NCBI GenBank assembly: GCA_964631605.1 | Contig: CAZVYG010000014.1 | Location: forward strand, 13,446 to 77,445 | DNA from: an uncultured Verrucomicrobiota bacterium | GTDB taxonomy: Bacteria; Verrucomicrobiota; Verrucomicrobiia; Limisphaerales; UBA8199 | Direction of reading: 5' to 3' | Length of the DNA stretch: 64,000 bases | In this document: positions 58,983 through 64,000 of the stretch, one piece after another | Layout of the letters: each line of letters starts with the position of its first letter | Position numbering within the stretch: the first letter of the stretch is position 1 | Translations under genes and position numbers: made by a program | Notes under the pieces: generated by a model | The model's input: only the letters and a program-made list of their open reading frames with translations | Databases searched by the model: none | Told to the model about the DNA's origin: nothing

Positions 58983-61035
58983 AGTTTACATTGATTCGCT
59001 GACGGTGCGCAACTTTGGCCCTTATTACGGCGAGCACACATTTAACTTCGCAACCCACGATGACCGCTGCGGCATTCTTATAGGTGGGAAGAACGGAGCC
59101 GGCAAGACGCATCTTCTTCGTGCGTTGTATTTGGCGGTCGTCGGTGAAACCGGTGTCCACGACTTGAAGAAAGTTGAACCGTCTTCGGAAGCGACACGCT
59201 TTGCCTTCGACAAATCATTGAACCGGCGCGCGGAGGCAGAGGGTGATTTTAATACACTGCTTCAGGTTACGATTTCACAGCGTGACGACAAGGGCACAAG
59301 AAAGGCGATGTTGGTGCGCGAAATTCGCCACAGGCCAAACTCCGCACCGGTTTGGCGCTCATACGCTGAGCGCTTTGATGGTTCAGGGCGCATCGAGGAC
59401 GAAAAACATCTCGAAGCCCTTCGAGATGCGTTCCTACCCCGTCACTTGGCGCGGTTCTTCTTCTTTGATGCTGAGCGCGGACAGAATTTCAATCTCGGCC
59501 AACAAGAGATTGTCGAGGGCATCAGCCGCATTCTGGGTCTGTGGTCTTACGGCGAACTGGAAACCGACTTGAGGCAACTAATTCAATCGAAGATTCAGCG
59601 AACTTTCAACACCGCCGAAGGCCATGAGGCGGCCAAACGTCTGGCAGAAATCACCGGGCAGATTGTGACCGCCGAAAAGCAACTAATCAATCTTCGCGAG
59701 GAGTTAAGCAGCTTGGCCGTTGAATTGTGTGAAGCACAGAATGAGTTGGCAGAGGTTGAGGAGCGCCTTAAAAGCTTGGGTGCAGTTGACCCGACACAGT
59801 TGCAGCGGGCACAAGAGGAACGCGCGAAGCTAGCTGAGACAAAAGCCAGGCTCGAAGCTGAGTTAACGGCGGTCTGGGAAACGGCCATGCCGCTGGCCTT
59901 GCTTGGAAAGTATCGCAAAGAATTCCACGATTACCTCCTCCGCGAGGAGAAGCGCAGAGAGTGGGAAAATAGCAAAGCGACGGTCGAGCCAAAAATCCCG
60001 CAGGTGAAGTGTGACGTATTTGAAAATGCTCCATCAGAGTTTCGTCTCGCAGACGACGCTTTCGCTTTCTACACGGATCGTCTCGAACGCGCCTTGCATC
60101 GCTTGTTCCATCCGCCGCCAGAAGGTATGGCAGACAGCGTTTACGCGACGGATAGAAACGACCGAAGCGCACAAATCCGGGCACAACTTTCTTCCGGCAC
60201 AACTTCATTGCGTGCCATTGCGGAGTTATGTGCCCAGGTCGAGTCAGTAGATGCGAATCTCCGGAAGTTGGACACCCAACTAAAGCAGTTGAAGCAGGAT
60301 GCCGCAGCGGTAGAGATCGGCCAGCAGTTGCACGCTGACCGGGGCCGGTTGACCGAACAATGCGCAAATCTGGAGCGCCGGAAATCGGAGCTCAAGTCAC
60401 AAGTCGAGTCCCTCGAATCAAAACTGAAAGAACTCAAGCGGGAGGAATCCAATCTCACCACTGCCGCCTCTAAGGCCCGGCAGGGACAAACATTGATTTC
60501 TCTGGCGGCTCGATATCGCGAGGCCGCAACCGAGATACGCGCTCGCGCTGCCGACCAGTTGCGCCGTCAGATTGGCGAGCATGTGGGCGAGCTTTGGGTC
60601 GAAATTACCGAGCGCCGGCATGAGTTCCTAGGAATGGATTTCGACAAGAACTGGAATTGCTTCCTGCTTCGCAAGGATGGAAAGAGGGATACATGGGAGA
60701 ACACCAATACCTCTGCGGGACAGCGGCAGGTGCGAATGCTTGCGTTCTACGAGGCGTTGCGTCGTCTTGCAAAACTCGCGCCGCCCCTCGTCGTAGACAC
60801 GCCGTTAGGTAGACTAGACAACGAAGTGAAGGATTCCGTCCTTCATCAGCTTTACTTGACCGGCCACCAAACAATCATCCTGACGACGAACTCGGAGATC
60901 GATCCGGAAGGTCCACTGTTCGAGGAAGTCGCGGAGAGGCTTGCGCGAGTTTACACCTTGCATCCCCGCGGGAGGGAGGAAAGCATCAACTACGAAGTCG
61001 AAGTCACGAACGATTATTTCGGGAGAACAGTATGA
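58975..61035 (+). CDS. dndD: DndD-like SMC/ABC-type ATPase (DNA sulfur modification protein DndD)
   Basis: 686 aa. The N-terminus is IDSLTVRNFGPYYGEHTFNF with Walker A GGKNGAGKTHLL. A long coiled-coil middle region follows. Then come the signature-like SAGQRQVRMLAFYEAL and the DndD-typical Walker B/D-loop PLVVDTPLGRLDNEV...IILTTNSEI. The ATG at 58975 overlaps the dndC stop codon by 8 nt. Confidence 0.8.
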   Translation: MPEVYIDSLTVRNFGPYYGEHTFNFATHDDRCGILIGGKNGAGKTHLLRALYLAVVGETGVHDLKKVEPSSEATRFAFDKSLNRRAEAEGDFNTLLQVTISQRDDKGTRKAMLVREIRHRPNSAPVWRSYAERFDGSGRIEDEKHLEALRDAFLPRHLARFFFFDAERGQNFNLGQQEIVEGISRILGLWSYGELETDLRQLIQSKIQRTFNTAEGHEAAKRLAEITGQIVTAEKQLINLREELSSLAVELCEAQNELAEVEERLKSLGAVDPTQLQRAQEERAKLAETKARLEAELTAVWETAMPLALLGKYRKEFHDYLLREEKRREWENSKATVEPKIPQVKCDVFENAPSEFRLADDAFAFYTDRLERALHRLFHPPPEGMADSVYATDRNDRSAQIRAQLSSGTTSLRAIAELCAQVESVDANLRKLDTQLKQLKQDAAAVEIGQQLHADRGRLTEQCANLERRKSELKSQVESLESKLKELKREESNLTTAASKARQGQTLISLAARYREAATEIRARAADQLRRQIGEHVGELWVEITERRHEFLGMDFDKNWNCFLLRKDGKRDTWENTNTSAGQRQVRMLAFYEALRRLAKLAPPLVVDTPLGRLDNEVKDSVLHQLYLTGHQTIILTTNSEIDPEGPLFEEVAERLARVYTLHPRGREESINYEVEVTNDYFGRTV

Positions 61036-61415
61036 ACATCAAAAGCTGGTGGGATTACGCGGAGTATCATCATGAGACCGGATTAGACCGGACTGACCGT
61101 GCGTCTGCTTGGGAAGAGCGGAGTTGTGTCGCCCGCGTCATGCGACTCGACCACAGTGGCGAGGACCGCTTTTATGTCGCTCCAGCAAACGACGGATCAT
61201 GGCACGCGTGGGGTGATTGGCACGCGCGCGTTGATGGCCGGAACGACTCCAGAGCAACTGTGATATCTGGGGAGGCGGATGACGCGACCTACACTCTCGC
61301 TAACGGAGGCGCGCATTTCCCAAGTCGCGAGGTGGCGATGCTTGCCATCTACCGCTGGATTCACCGCGACTTTGAATTGGACTTGCAGAACCCGAAAGCC
61401 AAGCTCGCCGTATGA
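61032..61415 (+). CDS. hypothetical Trp/His/Asp-rich 127-aa protein inside the dnd-like operon
   Basis: Both ends overlap neighbouring genes by ATGA (61032-61035 and 61412-61415), which implies translational coupling. The sequence contains MNIKSWWDYAEYHHETGLDR...DGSWHAWGDWHARVDGRND. No family recognised. Confidence 0.6.
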   Translation: MNIKSWWDYAEYHHETGLDRTDRASAWEERSCVARVMRLDHSGEDRFYVAPANDGSWHAWGDWHARVDGRNDSRATVISGEADDATYTLANGGAHFPSREVAMLAIYRWIHRDFELDLQNPKAKLAV

Positions 61416-62899
61416 AATTCAAACCGAGCCTCGCTGCCGAGGAATTTATTGAATCTGTTCACCAGCGCGTTGGCGCGCGAACCAAAGCAGTGTTGAGCCG
61501 GTCAGCGTTGTTGCTCGCCATTGGCGAGGGCGTGCCGGCAGGTTTCAAGCCAGCGGATTCACAGGGCAAAGACTTGGACGATGAAAACGTCATCGGGGAT
61601 GAATTGCGCGACACCGTGCGGGCGGCGTTGAATCATCGCGCGGGCAAAGCGTTGGACGAGTCCGGCTACCGGACAGCTTTCCGCCAGCACTTCGAATACG
61701 GCTGCAAGCGGTTAAAGGAGATTTGGGATGAAGCCGGCGGTGACCAGACACGCTTCGTCGCCTCGCTGCTGAAAATCGCGGGCGAAGACTTCACCGGCAC
61801 AGGTGGATTCACTGCCCGTGTCCAGCCGCTTCCGGTGGTTGAAAAGGAAGTCAAACTCAAGGTGCTGAACGACGCGCCTGAATGGTCGGTCAACGGCCCA
61901 GGCACAAATAACGGCTTGCTGGTGATTTCCGGCCAGCCTGGTAGCGGCAAGAGCCAACTCGCGCTTGATTTGCTCGCGCAACTCACCGCCTACGGCGTCC
62001 GGTTCGTATTCTTCGACATGAAGGGTGAGTTGGAAAACGATCCCAACAACTCGCAGCAGAGCCAGACTCGCGCCCGGTTTCTGCACCAGACGGGCGCGGA
62101 CTATGTCCGGCTCGTCCGCCAGGATTTGCCCATCAATCCGCTCTATCACGATGCGAATCCGGCGGTGAACGCCCAGATCGCCAACGAGATCGCTTCGCTC
62201 ATCCGCTGTTTCGCCCCCCAGTTGGGCGCGAACCAGCAGCAGGCCATCAGCGATGCTTACCAAAACCTGGCCACGCCGGATTTTCCTGGGCTGCTGATGG
62301 AATTGCAGCAGAGCGGCGTCTCTGGCGTGCCAGTGGCACTCATCCGCCGAATCGTGGATTACAATTTGTTCGCGTCCGCGCAGACGGCCGTCAGCCCGGA
62401 GCAATGGCTCCGGCGTTCGCTGGTGATTGATTTCAAGGAGTTCGGCAACGACAGCGAAACCAAGGCCCTCGCGGTCGCGCTAATCCTAAATTTCCTGATC
62501 AAGAAGTTGAGCCAGCAACTCGCGGTGAAAAATGACATCCAGCCGCTCAAGATGGTGCTGTTCGTGGACGAAGCGCATTTGTTGCTGCCCAAGGAGAGCA
62601 AGGCCGGCCTGCTCAGTTCCCTGGCGCGGCAGGGTCGGTCGTGGGGTTTCCCCGTCTGGCTGGCGTCGCAGGATGCAGACAAGTTCCTGACTACCGGCAC
62701 GAACGAAACCAATTTTGCCCAACTCGCCGAGTGCGGGGTCCACTTCTCGCCGCAGACGCTAAGCCCCGCGGACCAAAAGAGCGTCCTCGGCAGCTTGATC
62801 AACCAGAAGTTCAAAAAGGCGGAAGCCGCCTTGTGTCAACGCGCCAAGCTCCAAACCACCGGCCCGGCCCGGCAGTTTTGGAAGGATGGAGGAAAGTAG
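61412..62899 (+). CDS. fusion protein: DndE-like N-terminal domain plus FtsK/HerA(VirB4)-type P-loop ATPase
   Basis: Residues 1 to about 125 follow the DndE pattern (KPSLAAEEFIESV...LSRSALLLAIGEG...DSQGKDLDDENVIGDEL...FRQHFEYGCKRLKEIW). The ATPase has Walker A LLVISGQPGSGKSQLALDL, Walker B MVLFVDEAHLLLP and an Arg-finger/sensor region LARQGRSWGFPVWLASQDADKF. The DndE-like call is pattern recognition only. Confidence 0.6.
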   Translation: MKFKPSLAAEEFIESVHQRVGARTKAVLSRSALLLAIGEGVPAGFKPADSQGKDLDDENVIGDELRDTVRAALNHRAGKALDESGYRTAFRQHFEYGCKRLKEIWDEAGGDQTRFVASLLKIAGEDFTGTGGFTARVQPLPVVEKEVKLKVLNDAPEWSVNGPGTNNGLLVISGQPGSGKSQLALDLLAQLTAYGVRFVFFDMKGELENDPNNSQQSQTRARFLHQTGADYVRLVRQDLPINPLYHDANPAVNAQIANEIASLIRCFAPQLGANQQQAISDAYQNLATPDFPGLLMELQQSGVSGVPVALIRRIVDYNLFASAQTAVSPEQWLRRSLVIDFKEFGNDSETKALAVALILNFLIKKLSQQLAVKNDIQPLKMVLFVDEAHLLLPKESKAGLLSSLARQGRSWGFPVWLASQDADKFLTTGTNETNFAQLAECGVHFSPQTLSPADQKSVLGSLINQKFKKAEAALCQRAKLQTTGPARQFWKDGGK

Positions 62900-62910
62900 A
62901 AACCAACAGC

Positions 62911-63462
62911 ATGAAAATTCCATTCAAACGAATCTGGTCGGAAAAGCGATATGATCTGAAGCATTGGCTCTTTTACAACTTGCTTATCAGCCTCTCGCCG
63001 ATTTGGTTGTCGTGCCTGTTTCTGGCTTTTGGCAAGGTTTTCCGATTCCTTGATCCTTTCCTCGACGGGAGGTTGCTCATATTCACCGCAACGTTGAGCG
63101 GTGCTTCCATGAACTTCTTCGTTACAGATACGAAGCTGAACCTTCGTAACACGGAGCGATTCCTTTTCAACGGGTTGCTTGCCGCCATCTTCCTCGGTGC
63201 GGGCGGTTACACAGCGATTGTCACTCTGAACCAATTCTCACCGGGGGCGCTATGGTCGCCTGTGGTTGTGCTTACAACTATCATCGCCTTGGGGCTCGCA
63301 GTTTACTTCAACCTGTATCTCGCAGGCGTGCGCAGCGTTTACACGGATCAAGAGTTGATGCGAAAATTGATCGAAGAAGAACAAGACGTGCTGGTGAAGG
63401 AGAAAAAGGTCTTGGCTGAGACGGCTCGGACTGCGAGCGAAGTAGACGGAGCGAGACTATGA
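62911..63462 (+). CDS. 4-TM membrane protein with a charged C-terminal helix, in the dnd-like operon
   Basis: 183 aa. The ATG at 62911 is 11 nt after the upstream stop codon. Four hydrophobic spans are visible (WLFYNLLISLSPIWLSCLFLAF; LLIFTATLSGASMNFFV; FLFNGLLAAIFLGAGGYTAIVTL; VVVLTTIIALGLAVYFNLYLAGV). The tail reads ELMRKLIEEEQDVLVKEKKVLAE. The stop codon overlaps the next ATG (ATGA at 63459-63462). Confidence 0.6.
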   Translation: MKIPFKRIWSEKRYDLKHWLFYNLLISLSPIWLSCLFLAFGKVFRFLDPFLDGRLLIFTATLSGASMNFFVTDTKLNLRNTERFLFNGLLAAIFLGAGGYTAIVTLNQFSPGALWSPVVVLTTIIALGLAVYFNLYLAGVRSVYTDQELMRKLIEEEQDVLVKEKKVLAETARTASEVDGARL

Positions 63463-64000
63463 ACGGCAACAGTGGCCAGACCAACGGTTCGATTGACATA
63501 AAGGTTCTGGAGGTTGCTCAACCTTTGGGAACATTTTACGTCGGCGTAATGAAAGCCAATGACCTGCGAAAAATCGCCGCCGCGGACACCCGCCGCCAAG
63601 AACAGCGCGAAGTAGAAATCTACACAGGCATCCAACGTGAGCTTTCCAAAAAGAGGCAGGCGGAGATCAAAGACTACATTTCGACGTTCGACGCCGCGTT
63701 CCCGAACTCCTTTATTATCGCAATTAAGGCCGAAGATGTATTGAGCCAAGACGGAGGAGTTCTAAGAATCCGCTCGCATGAGAAAGCGGCAAGCATAATT
63801 GACGGACAGCACCGTCTTGCCGGGTTCACCGAATTTAACAGCGATAACTTTGAGTTGATTGTCTCCATTTTCATTGATTTACCCATCGAAGACCAGGCGA
63901 TGTTGTTCGCCACCATCAATCTCAAGCAGACAAAAGTCAGCCCTTCTCTCGTTTACGACTTGTTTGAGGAAACGAAGTTGAGGTCGCCTCAGAAAAGTTG
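63459..64000 (+). CDS. DGQHR-domain (DndB-like, ParB-fold) protein, truncated by the window end
   Basis: The literal motif IIDGQHRLAG is at residues about 113-122. Upstream lies LGTFYVGVMKANDLRKIA and downstream FATINLKQTKV, as in the DndB/DGQHR families. The frame is still open at 64000. Confidence 0.8.
   Translation, partial: MNGNSGQTNGSIDIKVLEVAQPLGTFYVGVMKANDLRKIAAADTRRQEQREVEIYTGIQRELSKKRQAEIKDYISTFDAAFPNSFIIAIKAEDVLSQDGGVLRIRSHEKAASIIDGQHRLAGFTEFNSDNFELIVSIFIDLPIEDQAMLFATINLKQTKVSPSLVYDLFEETKLRSPQKS

Overview
A 64 kb high-GC (about 62-67% in sampled stretches) bacterial chromosomal window. Gene content looks like the PVC group, Verrucomicrobiota-like. The pointers are a DUF1559-type prepilin with an N-terminal methylation motif, giant LamG proteins, a BatA/VWA protein and a FAD-oxidoreductase of the glycan-utilisation type. 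Most of the window is ordinary housekeeping and envelope or sensory genes: ubiD-family decarboxylase, hcp, thiH-thiS, pdxH, pyrE, mutL, guaA, three two-component pairs or orphans, a ribose-type sugar ABC transporter, an MBOAT/SGNH/GT2 O-acylation operon, a tail-specific protease and glycan-related enzymes. No rRNA, tRNA, CRISPR array, transposase or integrase was recognised.

The stand-out region is the last 6.4 kb (57.6-64.0 kb, cut by the window edge). It is a tightly overlapping six-gene plus-strand operon that starts with clear DndC and DndD homologues (DNA phosphorothioation). It then continues non-canonically with:
- a Trp/His-rich 127-aa protein;
- a 495-aa protein that looks like a DndE-like N-terminal domain fused to a FtsK/HerA-type P-loop ATPase;
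- a 4-TM membrane protein;
- a DGQHR (DndB-like) protein placed last instead of first.

GC content falls stepwise across this operon, from about 67% to 55% to 45-48% in hand-counted samples, which suggests a horizontally acquired mosaic defence or modification island. No dndA, dndFGH, pbe or ssp partner is visible in the window.

Secondary oddities:
- an orphan double-domain ABC permease fused to a periplasmic NHL propeller;
- a cNMP-binding histidine kinase translationally coupled to mutL;
- a histidine kinase-response regulator operon ending in a PagL-like lipid A deacylase gene;
- two small zones of gene remnants.

All functional calls rest on motif and family recognition by eye. No searches were run.
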